A stretch of DNA of 64,000 nucleotides from an uncultured Gammaproteobacteria bacterium (lineage in GTDB: Bacteria > Patescibacteriota > Patescibacteriia > CAZGFX01), in assembly GCA_964524845.1 (NCBI GenBank), contig CAZGFX010000001.1:75823-139822 (forward strand), read 5' to 3'. Positions within the stretch are counted from its first letter, which is position 1; each line of letters begins with the position of its first letter. The position numbers and the translations under genes were made by a program. Below, piece by piece: positions 1 to 11,027 of the stretch. Under the pieces are notes generated by a model. That model was given only the letters and a program-made list of their open reading frames with translations, was not told the DNA's origin and ran no database searches.

Positions 1-103
1 TTATTCGATGCGCTCCTTCTAAAATCGCATAAATATCATCTTTCTCTTTTGGAATGTGTTTCGTAATAATGAAACTATCATCTTCTTCAAATATATTCAC
101 CAT
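1..103 (-). CDS. hypothetical protein, N-terminal part only (ORF runs off the window edge)
   Basis: ATG at 101-103 on the minus strand is preceded by AAAGGAG-like SD (rc of ctccttttat at 110-120). The reading frame stays open to position 1 with no stop. No recognisable family. Confidence 0.3.
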   Translation of the reverse strand, partial: MVNIFEEDDSFIITKHIPKEKDDIYAILEGAHRI

Positions 104-189
104 AAAAACTCCTTTTATTAATTTGTTTTTTGTTTAGTTTTTTATCTATTTATAATATAACTTTTAATAAAAAGTGTCAATAGCGACTA

Positions 190-1194
190 TTGATTAAATT
201 GTATTTTGGTGTTATGTTAGTTTGTAATATGAATATTTCATATACAAAAGACTTATCTGAAATACTTAGTGATGATACTAAATACGTCGGCGGAAAAGCG
301 GCGGCACTAGGAGGTCTTATTAAACAAGGTTTTAATATACCCCATGGTTTTGTCATACTCACAAATGCTTTTGATGATTTTATTGAAAAACACAACCTTG
401 TTCCTGAGATTCACGCTGCCCTGGAACATATTAATTATGATGATATATGCATCGTCGAAAGTGCATCTCAGCGCATTCAAGATCTCATTATGTCGCTTCC
501 TATTCAGCCTGACTTAGAAAAGGAAATAAAAAAGTTTGCTGATTCAATGAAAGTGACAGGATTTGCAGTTCGATCAAGTGCAACAAGCGAAGATGGCACA
601 GAACATACTTGGGCAGGACAACTAGAAACATTTCTAAATATAAAAAACGAGAATCTTATTGAAAATATAAAAAAATGTTGGGCATCTCTTTTCAGTCCAC
701 GGGCACTAATGTACAAATTCAGAAACATGCCTAAATCAGAATACGTCTCAATTGCGGTGATAATACAAGAAATTATTTTAAGCGATATCTCTGGTATTTC
801 TTTTTCTGTACATCCGGTTACAGAAAATTACGATCAGCTCGTCATAGAAGCGGCATATGGACTCGGAGAATCCGTTGTTTCCGGTGAAGTAACACCAAAT
901 TCATATATAGTGGATAAGACTTCAGATGAAATAATCGACAAAAATATTTTTCCTATTTCTCGTAAAATAATTGCGAATCCTGACGGAGGAATCATGTGGA
1001 AAGAATTGAGCGAATCAGAAAAAAATTTACAAATACTAAATGATGAGGAAATTCTTTTTCTTACTAAAATAATAAAACAGATAGAAAAAAAACTTGGTTT
1101 TCCAGTTGATGTTGAATGGACAAAAAAAGATTCGGTTTTCTTTGTTTTACAAGCACGTCCAATAACAACGCTTTCTAATAATACAAATCTTTGA
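190..1194 (+). CDS. PEP-utilising enzyme family protein (pyruvate phosphate dikinase / PEP synthase N-terminal PEP/pyruvate-binding domain only)
   Basis: Motif KYVGGKAAALGGLIKQGFNIPHGFVILTNAF matches the PPDK_N / PEP synthase N-terminal ATP-grasp-like domain. The track start is TTG; more likely ATG starts lie at 214 or 229. Confidence 0.6.
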   Translation: MIKLYFGVMLVCNMNISYTKDLSEILSDDTKYVGGKAAALGGLIKQGFNIPHGFVILTNAFDDFIEKHNLVPEIHAALEHINYDDICIVESASQRIQDLIMSLPIQPDLEKEIKKFADSMKVTGFAVRSSATSEDGTEHTWAGQLETFLNIKNENLIENIKKCWASLFSPRALMYKFRNMPKSEYVSIAVIIQEIILSDISGISFSVHPVTENYDQLVIEAAYGLGESVVSGEVTPNSYIVDKTSDEIIDKNIFPISRKIIANPDGGIMWKELSESEKNLQILNDEEILFLTKIIKQIEKKLGFPVDVEWTKKDSVFFVLQARPITTLSNNTNL

Positions 1195-1251
1195 TCTTGC
1201 GATAAAGACGAAAAACCTATAACATACTCCTGCTTTATAAGCGGGATTTTT

Positions 1252-2556
1252 ATGAAAAAAACATTTTTTATCGTCGTGCTTGGATGTCAGATGAACGAGT
1301 CTGATGCTGAACGCATCAGAGGTTTGTGCTGTTCTCTTGGTATGATAGAAGCGAAATCAGAAGAAGCTGCGGATATAATAATAGTTGTGTCTTGTGCTGT
1401 AAGACAAGCGGCGATGGATCGCATTTACGGACGCATAGAGAAATGGAACGCGATACGAAAAGAACGTACGCTTTTTTTAATATTAACGGGATGTGTACTC
1501 CCGGCCGATCAAGAAAAACTTCGTGATGTTTTCGATGTTTTTCTTCCAATAAAAGAAATTGGATCTCTTTTTCAAATACTAGCAGATAAACTTGCCGTAA
1601 ATGTACCAGAAAGTACTTCTTCTCAGTATTTTTCAATTGAACCATCTTATTATCATGACTACAAAGCATACGTGCCAATCATGACCGGATGCAATAAATT
1701 TTGCACGTATTGTGCTGTTCCATATACTAGGGGAAGAGAAATATCTAGACCCTACTCTGATATTATGAATGAGATAAATGGACTTGTGGAAAAAGGATAT
1801 AAAGAAATCATGCTTCTCGGACAAAATGTAAACTCGTATGCCCTTGATCTTCCCGACCAATCAGAAAAATTTCCTGAATTACTTAAATCAATAAATGACA
1901 TTGAAGGAGATTTTTGGATTAGAATCATGACATCACATCCGTATGATATGAGTAATAAACTCATAGATGTTTTGGCTGAAAAAAAACATATCTGCGAATC
2001 TTTTCACTTGCCTATTCAATCCGGAGATGATCATGTTCTGGTAACAATGAATCGGCATTACACAGTTCAACATTTTATGGATCGAATCAAATCCTTAAGA
2101 GATGCGATTCCTGACATATCAATATCAACCGATATTATCGTGGGTTTTCCTACAGAAGATGAAATAGCATTTGAAAACACAGTCCGAATAGTAAAAGAAT
2201 GTGCTTTTGATATGGCATATATTGCCAGATATTCCGAAAGACCCGGAACAGTTGCGGAAAAAACTATAAAAGATAATATTTCTGATGAGGAAAAAATGCG
2301 AAGAGAAAAAATAATTAATGATATTATTACAGAAAACGCAATAAATTATAATCAAAGATTTCTTAATAAAACCGTGCGAACACTCGTTGACGAAGCGGCC
2401 CCCTCAAAAGAAACAAACGGATTATTTAAAAATACAGGAAAAAACAGAGAAAATAAAACGGTTATTTTCAAATCTGGTCGTGATTATACAGGACTGTTTG
2501 TTGATGTAAAAATAACAAAAATACACGCATTTGCTCTCGAAGGAGAAGTTGTATAA
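1252..2556 (+). CDS. miaB: tRNA-2-methylthio-N6-dimethylallyladenosine synthase (radical SAM methylthiotransferase) MiaB
   Basis: N-terminal MTTase domain (LGCQMNESD). Radical SAM Cys cluster CNKFCTYCAVPYTRGRE. C-terminal TRAM-like region. It lies immediately upstream of miaA. Confidence 0.85.
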   Translation: MKKTFFIVVLGCQMNESDAERIRGLCCSLGMIEAKSEEAADIIIVVSCAVRQAAMDRIYGRIEKWNAIRKERTLFLILTGCVLPADQEKLRDVFDVFLPIKEIGSLFQILADKLAVNVPESTSSQYFSIEPSYYHDYKAYVPIMTGCNKFCTYCAVPYTRGREISRPYSDIMNEINGLVEKGYKEIMLLGQNVNSYALDLPDQSEKFPELLKSINDIEGDFWIRIMTSHPYDMSNKLIDVLAEKKHICESFHLPIQSGDDHVLVTMNRHYTVQHFMDRIKSLRDAIPDISISTDIIVGFPTEDEIAFENTVRIVKECAFDMAYIARYSERPGTVAEKTIKDNISDEEKMRREKIINDIITENAINYNQRFLNKTVRTLVDEAAPSKETNGLFKNTGKNRENKTVIFKSGRDYTGLFVDVKITKIHAFALEGEVV

Positions 2557-2595
2557 GATACGAAAAATGAAAAAACTTTCAATTCATAACTCTTT

Positions 2596-3342
2596 ATGGA
2601 ACAGAAGCCAAAAATAGTATGTGTTACCGGACCAACATGCTCAGGAAAAACTGATTTCGCAATTGCGATTGCGAAGGAGTTTAATGGTGAAATTATATCC
2701 GCGGATTCTAGGCAAATATTCAAAGATGTGTGGATAGTCAGCAACAAACCTTATGGCGAAAAACAAGATGATATACTTTTAGTTGACGGAGTTCCACATC
2801 ATTTAATAGATTTTGTTGAACCTACAGCTGAATATACACTTTACAACTGGATCAAAGACGCGAAAAAATGTATTGAAACTATTCTATCAAAAAATAAACT
2901 TCCTATTATCGCAGGCGGCACGCCGATGTATATATCAGCAATTACTGATGGATATGATCTTGAAACAAGAGGAAAAAATAATCCTGAATACGATTCATTG
3001 CTTTTATACATCAGCGTGCCGCGAGATGTCTTATACAAAAATATGGATAATCGCGTACACACCATGATAAAACAAGGCGCAATAAAAGAAGCACAGGAAT
3101 ATCTCGATAAATATGGAGAACACCATTTTGGAATGAGTAAGACATCTCAAGGATATAATCACCTATTTTCATATATTAGAGGAGAAATTCCAATCGAGAA
3201 AGCTATATACGAAATGCAAAAAGATACTAGACACTATGCGAAACGCCAGGAAACGTGGTGGAGACACCACGGAAATCCTATAAGCATATCTTCATACGAA
3301 GACGCTCGTTCGCTCGTTTCAAGGTTTTTGGGTAAAAAATAA
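2596..3342 (+). CDS. miaA: tRNA dimethylallyltransferase MiaA
   Basis: P-loop VTGPTCSGKTDFAIAIAKEF is followed by ISADSRQIFKD, typical of the IPP transferase family. Adjacent to miaB. Confidence 0.85.
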   Translation: MEQKPKIVCVTGPTCSGKTDFAIAIAKEFNGEIISADSRQIFKDVWIVSNKPYGEKQDDILLVDGVPHHLIDFVEPTAEYTLYNWIKDAKKCIETILSKNKLPIIAGGTPMYISAITDGYDLETRGKNNPEYDSLLLYISVPRDVLYKNMDNRVHTMIKQGAIKEAQEYLDKYGEHHFGMSKTSQGYNHLFSYIRGEIPIEKAIYEMQKDTRHYAKRQETWWRHHGNPISISSYEDARSLVSRFLGKK

Positions 3343-3360
3343 ATTAAAAAGAGAATGCTG

Positions 3361-3711
3361 TTAAGCACTCTCTTCTTTTGTTTGTATAACCGTGGGATTG
3401 AAAGATCCTTTTTTTCCTTGCAGAAGGACGCTCCAATCCTTTGAGAAACCTCGCACGACATACTCTTCTCCACAAACCACGACTATACTTCCGATTTTTA
3501 TTCCTTTTTTGTCGATGGCTTGTTTTTTCAAAAGCGAATAATAATCTTTTCGCTTTTTTCTGATCGCCCAAATAAGTTCATTGAGTTCTGACACTGTTAT
3601 GTCTTTTCTATCAGTGTCAAAGTTTGGTAAAAACTCTTTTATCTGGTTTTTTAGCTCTTCATTCAGCTTTATAAGATCATCAGGATCTTGTTTTCTTTTA
3701 AAACTATTCAC
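3361..3711 (-). CDS. hypothetical protein
   Basis: 116-aa ORF with no recognisable motif. Confidence 0.4.
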   Translation of the reverse strand: MNSFKRKQDPDDLIKLNEELKNQIKEFLPNFDTDRKDITVSELNELIWAIRKKRKDYYSLLKKQAIDKKGIKIGSIVVVCGEEYVVRGFSKDWSVLLQGKKGSFNPTVIQTKEESA

Positions 3712-3743
3712 GCAGTAGTCTCCTTTTTTATTATTTTATACTA

Positions 3744-4340
3744 TTAATGTTTTTCATCCTGGTCCAACCACGGCCGATCAAAATCCCCCGTCATTTCTCG
3801 CATGCTTCTTAAGACATGCTCTGGTATAACTATCTCAAACGTCCATTCTTTCTGATTTTCGTTATACGCAATAACATAATCATAGTTTTGCCCGATTATT
3901 ATTTTTATATCCTGTTTTTTTTCAACAAATCCATTTTTCACTAAAAAGTCAATTATCGCATAATGAGAAGATGGATCAGCGATACATCTCTGAATAGACG
4001 GATAAAAAAATATTTTTTCGTATTTTTCAGATTCGATCCATTCAAAATGTCTAACTTCTTTTATCTTGTCTTCGTATCGAATCCAAGGATCCCAATAAAC
4101 AAAAAGTAACGGTTTTATGGTTTCTTTGGACTTATTATGAGTGCAAAAACTAAATGTATTACCAGTTGTTTTGTGCACTAGTTGAAAACAGATGTGGGGA
4201 GGTACCGGGTAAATAATTTCAAACAGCGAACTAAACCCTTCGTGTTTTATGACCTTTTCAAAATCAATAACAGTAATTTTCGGACGATGATTGTTAATAT
4301 AGGTCAAAACATCTCTAGAAATTTTCTGTAACGTTTCCAT
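3744..4340 (-). CDS. hypothetical protein
   Basis: 198-aa ORF with no recognisable motif. Confidence 0.4.
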   Translation of the reverse strand: METLQKISRDVLTYINNHRPKITVIDFEKVIKHEGFSSLFEIIYPVPPHICFQLVHKTTGNTFSFCTHNKSKETIKPLLFVYWDPWIRYEDKIKEVRHFEWIESEKYEKIFFYPSIQRCIADPSSHYAIIDFLVKNGFVEKKQDIKIIIGQNYDYVIAYNENQKEWTFEIVIPEHVLRSMREMTGDFDRPWLDQDEKH

Positions 4341-4427
4341 TACACTGCCTTTCTATTTTATTTATATTTATTTTATTACCTCTATTATACCACGTCTTTT
4401 AGAAATGTCAAACAATAACTCTTTTTC

Positions 4428-4462
4428 CAATTAAAAAGACCTCTCGATGTTTTCGAGAGGTC
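4428..4462 (-). terminator. rho-independent terminator downstream of the ABC exporter gene
   Basis: Perfect 10-bp stem GACCTCTCGA / TCGAGAGGTC with loop TGTTT, followed on the minus strand by a T-tract. Confidence 0.6.
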
Positions 4463-4482
4463 CAGAAGTTATATATTAATTT

Positions 4483-6357
4483 TTAGTTCGTTTCAATGGA
4501 GTATCCTTTTGCTTGCATTGTGAACAAGCGAGCATATTCCCCATTAAGCTTCATAAGTTCGTTATGCGAGCCTATTTCTTTTATCTTGCCGTCTGCAATT
4601 AGACATATTCGATCAGCACTTCTAACCGTATTAAACTTGTGGGAGATGAAAATGATCGTGCGATCTTTGTATATCTTCTCAAGTCTTTCAAATATGTTTA
4701 TTTCAGACTCAGCATCGAGGCTTGCAGTAGGTTCATCCAGAACAATAACCTGCGCGTCTCTGTAGAAAATTCTTGATAAAGCAAGTTTTTGCCGCTCGCC
4801 ACCAGAGAATTCGGTTCCGTTCGTAAATTCATTTCCAATAATTTGATCGTATTTTTTTTCGAGCTTTTTAATAAATGCGTTGGCCTCTGCATGTCTTGCG
4901 GCTTCTTTGATTTTTTCATAATCTAGTTTCTCACCGTTTTTTCTTCCAAATGAAATTGCTTTTCCAACAGAAAAAGATTCATAATCAGCAAATTTTTGTG
5001 ATAATACACCAAGTACCGATTGCCACTGTTTTAAATCAATGTTTCGTATATCTGTTCCATTAACTTTTATATTACCTTCGATCGGATCATATGCCCTAGC
5101 AAGAAGCTTCACAAGAGTGCTTTTTCCGCTACCATTTTCACCAATAAGAGCTATTTTTTCTCCTGGTTTTATAGATATAGAAAAATCATTAATAACTTTT
5201 TTTTCTGATCCTGGATAAGAAAACATCACATTATTAAATTCTATAAGTGGCACTGTTTTAAAAGAAACAGAAATAGGATTTTTAGGAGAAACGATAATAG
5301 GTTTTGAGTCGAGTAGCTTGAATATATCTCCGACAAACAACGTATCTTGATACTGAGACGCAAGATTAAAAGATATTCCACCAAGTGCGTTTCTAAGTTG
5401 TTGTGCTGATGAAATGAAGAATATAAACGCACCAATTGATATATTTTTGTTCACCACATCAAGAAAAAAAGTATAAACAATGAAACCAAAAACTAGTATT
5501 GATGCCACATTTGAATACAAAGACCATATTGTTCGTTTTCTATAATCAACATCTTCTCTTTCGTATATTGCAATCCTCATTTTCCTAAATAGATTTACCA
5601 AATAATCAGACATGTTAAAAAGTTTTGTTTCAATAAAAGTATTAATATTATTAACACTCCATCGAACAGTCCACATTTTTCTATATTGTTCAATTGTTTC
5701 TTCGCTTGTTTTCCATAAACCATACCCAAATCTTGCTTCTATAATAAGTTCCGGTATGGTTACAAGAACGAAAAGAATGAAACACCACCAGTTTGCATAT
5801 ATCAAGATCACCGAAGCAATAATAAGCTCAATAATATCGCTCGTAATAAAAAGTTGTCTTTGGATAAATTCTATAATCCTGCCAATTCCAAACTCACTAA
5901 CTTTTTGTATTAAATTGCTTTGTTCTGGTGCTTCTCTGCTAGCAATATCCATTTCACCTACTTTTTTCAAAATAATAGTATCAAACAACAAACGAACATT
6001 TTTTCCGAAACGATATCTGATATATCCTCTAATTGTTTGAAAAATTTGGGAGAATCCGCCAACTGCTATGAAAAGCAAAAGGATCAGAAATTGAATGTTT
6101 GTGTTAAATCCTTTATCAAACGAATTGACAATAAGAGCCAAACTTCCATTTCGAATAGATGGAAGAAACGCCAAAATAATAAATACTCCTATATATAACA
6201 AGAATATTTTTTTGTGTTCCGTCCATATAATTCGATTAAGGCGAGCCGAGTAGACAAATATTTTTTTCACCATTTCAAAAGACAACTCATTCTTTTTTTC
6301 GTCCTTTTTTGTTTCGGTTGTCGATTGGTCTTTTTTATCTATTTTTTCTTTCTTCAT
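4483..6357 (-). CDS. ABC transporter, fused permease/ATP-binding protein (exporter type)
   Basis: N-terminal multi-TM region. Walker A LIGENGSGKST. ABC signature LSGGERQKLALSR. Walker B VIVLDEPTASLD. Confidence 0.85.
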   Translation of the reverse strand: MKKEKIDKKDQSTTETKKDEKKNELSFEMVKKIFVYSARLNRIIWTEHKKIFLLYIGVFIILAFLPSIRNGSLALIVNSFDKGFNTNIQFLILLLFIAVGGFSQIFQTIRGYIRYRFGKNVRLLFDTIILKKVGEMDIASREAPEQSNLIQKVSEFGIGRIIEFIQRQLFITSDIIELIIASVILIYANWWCFILFVLVTIPELIIEARFGYGLWKTSEETIEQYRKMWTVRWSVNNINTFIETKLFNMSDYLVNLFRKMRIAIYEREDVDYRKRTIWSLYSNVASILVFGFIVYTFFLDVVNKNISIGAFIFFISSAQQLRNALGGISFNLASQYQDTLFVGDIFKLLDSKPIIVSPKNPISVSFKTVPLIEFNNVMFSYPGSEKKVINDFSISIKPGEKIALIGENGSGKSTLVKLLARAYDPIEGNIKVNGTDIRNIDLKQWQSVLGVLSQKFADYESFSVGKAISFGRKNGEKLDYEKIKEAARHAEANAFIKKLEKKYDQIIGNEFTNGTEFSGGERQKLALSRIFYRDAQVIVLDEPTASLDAESEINIFERLEKIYKDRTIIFISHKFNTVRSADRICLIADGKIKEIGSHNELMKLNGEYARLFTMQAKGYSIETN

Positions 6358-6494
6358 ATAACAACTTCCTTTGTTTAATTTTTATTTTAATCATTATATA
6401 ATCTCATTTTATCATGGAAAAGTCAAGTTTAAGTTAAAAGTAATAAAATAGCTTATTTCCTAATCTTTTCTCTGGGTTTTTTGGATATTTTCTC

Positions 6495-7301
6495 CTATTT
6501 TTTTCTTTTAACAATATAATTTATGGCGTATTGGAGCCACTGATGAACCATATCCGGCTGTTCAAGCGCATGATCGCCATCTTTCACTGTAAAAAACTGT
6601 TTGAATTTCACTGATATCGATTCTATCGGAACTGTCGTGTCCGAATCTCCTTGTATGCACGCGATCGAGTCTGTATTTTGTAAAAACAGTCCATAATCCT
6701 TATCTTGAGTCTCAGCATAAAACAATGCTGGCGCGTGCTGTGATCCAATCATGCGATCACTATTATTTATATATGATTGAAAAGTGTCTTCGTTAAGATG
6801 TTTTTTGTAATTTTTCCACGAAATTGTTTGTTTCGTATTAAGAGGAGCCGTATCTCTGACATACCAATATCGAAGCAACTCCCCTATATGTAAAGACGGC
6901 GCAAAAAACAAAATGTTACACACATCCATATCCGGATACAATCGAAGCATTTCAGTAATCACGGCACATCCTAAACTGTGCCCAACTAGTACAAGTTTTT
7001 TTCCATATTTAAAACCAATATCACAAGCTCTTTTAAGAGTGTGTGCGCGATCCTCGACTGTGAAAAGACGAAAATCGCCATCAGATATTCCACACCCAGC
7101 AAAATCGAATCTAAATGACGCGCAGTCGTGTTTAATAAGCTCGTCAGCAAGTATTTTAAACTTTTTATCACCTACTCCACCATTCTCAAATCTATGAGCC
7201 ATGACAACAACAGTGTCTGACAATTGACCGGTTGAAACGAGAAGTCCTCTTATTATATTTTGGTTCTTATCAAAAAATTCTATGAGTGTGGTGTGCTTCA
7301 T
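6495..7301 (-). CDS. alpha/beta-hydrolase fold protein
   Basis: Nucleophile elbow VLVGHSLGCAV (GxSxG), with Asp and His downstream in a typical arrangement. Confidence 0.7.
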   Translation of the reverse strand: MKHTTLIEFFDKNQNIIRGLLVSTGQLSDTVVVMAHRFENGGVGDKKFKILADELIKHDCASFRFDFAGCGISDGDFRLFTVEDRAHTLKRACDIGFKYGKKLVLVGHSLGCAVITEMLRLYPDMDVCNILFFAPSLHIGELLRYWYVRDTAPLNTKQTISWKNYKKHLNEDTFQSYINNSDRMIGSQHAPALFYAETQDKDYGLFLQNTDSIACIQGDSDTTVPIESISVKFKQFFTVKDGDHALEQPDMVHQWLQYAINYIVKRKK

Positions 7302-7386
7302 ATACTAATATTGTATCACGAAAAAAATCAGCAGTATAGCGAAAAAAACGTATTTACGTTATACTATACACATAGATATATAATAT

Positions 7387-8454
7387 ATGGCAAATATAAA
7401 AAAATTATTGAACAAAAAAGAATCTCATTATTATCTCGATCATGTTTGCAAAACAATCCAAAAAGAAGATTTATATCTTCCGGGACCGAAACATATTGAT
7501 GATATTTTCAAACAGTCCAATAGGAACAAAAAAGTTATCGGAAATCTAAAAAGATTATTCGGCACAGGCAGACTCGCCGGCACAGGATATCTTTCAATTC
7601 TCCCTGTCGACCAAGGAATTGAGCATGGCGCAGGAGCGAGTTTCGCGAAAAACCCGATATATTTCGATCCAGAAAACATCGTGCGTCTGGCTATTGAAGG
7701 TGGTTGTAATGCGGTTGCATCAACATATGGTGCGCTCGCTCTTGTTGCAAACTCGTATGCAAATAAAATTCCTTTTATAATGAAGCTTAATCATAACGAA
7801 CTTCTCACATACCCTAATATTTTTGATCAAACATTATTCGCTAGTTCTGAACAAGCATATGATATGGGAGCCGCCGGTGTCGGAGCAACGATATACTTCG
7901 GATCTCCGGAATCACGCAGACAAATTACGGAAATATCAAGAGAGTTTGCAAAAGCACACGAACTTGGAATGTTCACTGTTCTGTGGTGTTATCTAAGAAA
8001 TCCCGCGTTTAAAAAAGGATCAAAAGATTATCATTTCTCCGCAGATCTAACTGGACAAGCAAATTACCTTGGTGTGACGATAGGCGCTGATATAATCAAA
8101 CAGAAAATGCCAACATGTAACGGTGGTATAAAAGCTCTTGGAATCAAAGGATATACTTATGGAAAACTAGACGAATCCATGTATACGAAACTGGCCTCAA
8201 ATCATCCTATAGATCTCGTAAGATACCAGGTTGCAAACTGTTATATGGGCCGTATAGGGCTTATTAACTCAGGAGGTGGTTCTGGAGCCCAGGATCTTAA
8301 AGACGCCGTTATAACGGCAATTATGAACAAGCGCGCAGGTGGAACAGGCCTCATATCAGGCCGCAAGGCATTCAAAAAACCATTCAAAGATGGCGTAGAA
8401 TTACTTCGCTCCATACAAGACGTATATTTGGACAAAAACATTACTGTTGCGTAA
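7387..8454 (+). CDS. fbaB: class I fructose-bisphosphate aldolase (DhnA/FbaB family)
   Basis: Near-collinear match to the DhnA-type class I aldolase pattern: [89 protein letters not shown]-like end. Confidence 0.8.
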   Translation: MANIKKLLNKKESHYYLDHVCKTIQKEDLYLPGPKHIDDIFKQSNRNKKVIGNLKRLFGTGRLAGTGYLSILPVDQGIEHGAGASFAKNPIYFDPENIVRLAIEGGCNAVASTYGALALVANSYANKIPFIMKLNHNELLTYPNIFDQTLFASSEQAYDMGAAGVGATIYFGSPESRRQITEISREFAKAHELGMFTVLWCYLRNPAFKKGSKDYHFSADLTGQANYLGVTIGADIIKQKMPTCNGGIKALGIKGYTYGKLDESMYTKLASNHPIDLVRYQVANCYMGRIGLINSGGGSGAQDLKDAVITAIMNKRAGGTGLISGRKAFKKPFKDGVELLRSIQDVYLDKNITVA

Positions 8455-8460
8455 ACAAAA

Positions 8461-8492
8461 AAACACACCTGACAAAAGGTGTGTTTTTTATA
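8461..8492. terminator. bidirectional rho-independent terminator between convergent fbaB and the substrate-binding-protein gene
   Basis: Hairpin AAACACACC-tgacaaaa-GGTGTGTTT flanked by A-tract and T-tract. Confidence 0.55.
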
Positions 8493-8498
8493 TTTAGA

Positions 8499-9662
8499 TT
8501 AATTTATTTTTTCCCACTTATTATTTTTAAACTCTAGAAGTTTTGTTGGTCTATAAGAAACTCCGTTATTATCAAAATCCAAAGTTCCTGCAACACCATT
8601 ATAAATAGGCATATTAATCAAAAAATCAGAAAGACAATCAGCGTTTATAATGTTCTTTTTATCACAATATTCTAGTCCTTGTGCAAGAACATGTGTTTGG
8701 TCATATGTGTATGCGGCTGAAAATTCCGGATCTGTTTTATAAACTTCTTTAAAATTATTTATGAAGCCACCTCCTTCTTGTTCATTATTTTTATCAAAAG
8801 AAAACCAAGTGGTAATTGTTTTTGTTGATTCCAGCATATCAGGAACAGCTGATGTTGTTTCAGGAAATGCTCCAACAGGAACACCTGTTTGCCAATCGTT
8901 CATTTTTAATGTTTTCATCTGTTGAAAAATAGGTATTACGTGCTGTGGAAAACCACTTCCAATTATAATATTTTTATTTGTACTTTTGGTTTTTACTTTT
9001 GTAAGAATTGTAGAAAAATTTGTTTCAGTCATCAAAAACTGTTCGTAATTTTCTATTTTTCCACCAGCAAACTCAAAGTGTTTTTTAAAACTATTATAAA
9101 ACACTGTGTATGCATCATTTTGAACCTGAATAAACGAGACTGTACTTATGTTTCTTTTAATAAATTCTTCCGCGAGAGCCTTTCCATCGCGTTCCATGTT
9201 ATTATAATCCTGAAAAACATATTTATTTGATTCTGCAAACGAAGTTATTGTTGAGTTATAAATCAATAAAATATTGTTTGCCGCTGTAATTGGACTTACA
9301 GAAGCCGTAATATGAGTAAACGCTGTTATCATTGCGACAATTTTATCTTGGTTTATAAGTTTTTGAGCACTTGTTGCCGCTTTTTTTGCATCTCCTTCAT
9401 TATCTTCAAAAATAACAACTAATTTTTTATTATTTATTCCACCATTTTTGTTTATTTCTTCTACAGCAAGTTCTACTCCTTGTTTTTCCTGTACTCCTAA
9501 ATATGCGAAACTTCCTGTAAGTGGAAAAGTGGCTCCTATTTTTATTGTTTCTTGTGTTTCGTCTTTATTAATATTTTTTGATATTAATACATATGCTGAA
9601 AAAACAATAATAATAGCTATTATTATATACAACGATGACTTTTTTTTCTTCTGCAAAATCAT
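8499..9662 (-). CDS. ABC transporter substrate-binding protein, Liv-type (periplasmic binding protein type I) paralog 1
   Basis: N-terminal signal/TM anchor. IKIGATFPLTGSFAYLGVQEKQGVELAVEEINKNGGINNKKL is typical of branched-chain amino-acid-type SBPs. Confidence 0.7.
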   Translation of the reverse strand: MILQKKKKSSLYIIIAIIIVFSAYVLISKNINKDETQETIKIGATFPLTGSFAYLGVQEKQGVELAVEEINKNGGINNKKLVVIFEDNEGDAKKAATSAQKLINQDKIVAMITAFTHITASVSPITAANNILLIYNSTITSFAESNKYVFQDYNNMERDGKALAEEFIKRNISTVSFIQVQNDAYTVFYNSFKKHFEFAGGKIENYEQFLMTETNFSTILTKVKTKSTNKNIIIGSGFPQHVIPIFQQMKTLKMNDWQTGVPVGAFPETTSAVPDMLESTKTITTWFSFDKNNEQEGGGFINNFKEVYKTDPEFSAAYTYDQTHVLAQGLEYCDKKNIINADCLSDFLINMPIYNGVAGTLDFDNNGVSYRPTKLLEFKNNKWEKIN

Positions 9663-9785
9663 ATAATTTAAATGATTAAATACACAAAAAGTATACTCGC
9701 TTTCTAAAATTATTCAAACAAAAAACTACATCTCCTCCCTCAAAAAAGTATTTGGGACGTGTTTTTGAGCTACTTTGAGAAAATG
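9568..9785. repeat. direct repeat copy 1 (~218 bp, near-identical to 10933..11158)
   Basis: Read directly from the sequence. Apart from an 11-nt indel there are only 4 point substitutions across the start of the SBP gene, its upstream region and a 60-nt nrdG 3' fragment. Confidence 0.85.
9726..9785 (-). pseudogene. remnant of the nrdG 3' end (last 19 codons plus stop), carried along in the duplication
   Basis: The minus-strand reading gives FLKVAQKHVPNTFLREEM*, identical to the C-terminus of the intact nrdG at 11102-11160. Upstream it diverges into unrelated sequence. Confidence 0.6.
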
Positions 9786-9911
9786 GCTATTGAAGGTTCT
9801 TTTCAAATGTTCTATAACATCTTTCATTTTTATACTCCTTTTAATTTTCGTGTGATTTTCATATTTTACGAAAGTATAATAAATGTATTTGAAAAGTCAA
9901 AATTACTATTA

Positions 9912-11027
9912 TTATCTAGCCGGAACAAACGCGCCGTTTTTCCATTCTTGAATAAATATATTAAAAATTGCTTTACGATCTTTAAATCCTGTAAACCCAA
10001 CAAGAGGTTCTTCTTTTGATTTATCAAGCTCACGTTTTGTACATTTGGTTTCTTTATTACACAAACTTAATGCGCGACCCAATTGTTTTATATGAATATA
10101 TGTCAAAGCAACCGCTTGATAATTTCCTATCTGCTTACCAGAATTTTCTTGTTGTACTTTTTCTATAAAATCATTACTAGCCGCAGGTAAATCAAACATA
10201 ATAGAACCCTCTAATTTTTCCAAATACTCATTTTCATCCACGTGCGAAAAATTTGCTGCTGCACCAACAAAAATACTTGACAACCCCAATTCTTTAAATT
10301 GTTTGAGAGACGATAGTGCATCTGATTTAAAACCAATACTAAACAACGCTCCGATATTGTTGGTTTTTAATTTCAACAAACTTGATCTAAAATCTGTTGT
10401 TCCTTGATTATATCCTTCTACAATTATATTGTCTCCAAAAATATTTTTAACACCTCTTAAACACATCTCACCATTTTCTAAATTAATTTTTAATACTCCG
10501 ACTTTCTCAATGCCTGTATCTTTTAAAAATTGGGCCGTTTTCTTACACCCCTCTTCGTAATCCAAAAATGTTTTGTATGTATTTAAATTTTCGGAAAGCG
10601 GAGACATTGCGGCCGAAGAATATATATGAATAATTTCCTTGTCCTTTAAAAAAGACGAGACAGAAATTGCAGATGGAGTAAAATCTGTATAGATAGTATC
10701 TGCTTTATCTATATTTATAAGCTTTTGGGCGGCACTTAAAGCTATTTTAGAATCAAGTGCTCCATCTTCTATAAGCAATTCTAAATTATTGATTCCTTCT
10801 TTTTTTAATTCGTCTATTGCCATTCTTGCTCCTATAACAGAGGATTCTCCCCAATACGCCATCGTACCAGTTGTTGCAGTAATAATACCTATTTTAATTG
10901 GTTGTGTGTTTTGTTTTTGATCTTTGTTAATGTTAATATTTTTTGATATTAATACATATGCTGAAAAAGCAATAATAATAGCTATTATTATATACAACGA
11001 TGACATTTTTTTCTTCTGCAAAATCAT
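9912..11027 (-). CDS. ABC transporter substrate-binding protein, Liv-type, paralog 2
   Basis: PBP1-type SBP, IKIGIITATTGTMAYWGESSVIGARMAIDEL. The start is moved to the ATG at 11027 (MILQKKKMSS), which is homologous to the start of paralog 1. The track ORF begins further upstream at 11072. Confidence 0.7.
   Translation of the reverse strand: MILQKKKMSSLYIIIAIIIAFSAYVLISKNININKDQKQNTQPIKIGIITATTGTMAYWGESSVIGARMAIDELKKEGINNLELLIEDGALDSKIALSAAQKLINIDKADTIYTDFTPSAISVSSFLKDKEIIHIYSSAAMSPLSENLNTYKTFLDYEEGCKKTAQFLKDTGIEKVGVLKINLENGEMCLRGVKNIFGDNIIVEGYNQGTTDFRSSLLKLKTNNIGALFSIGFKSDALSSLKQFKELGLSSIFVGAAANFSHVDENEYLEKLEGSIMFDLPAASNDFIEKVQQENSGKQIGNYQAVALTYIHIKQLGRALSLCNKETKCTKRELDKSKEEPLVGFTGFKDRKAIFNIFIQEWKNGAFVPAR

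Noticed and set aside
504-728. Antisense ORFs of 60-120 aa inside coding genes, for example 504..728, 1316..1678, 5612..6040, 33768..34184
   Set aside because: They are embedded antisense within well-supported genes, with low-complexity translations and no SD. These are AT-rich genome artefacts.
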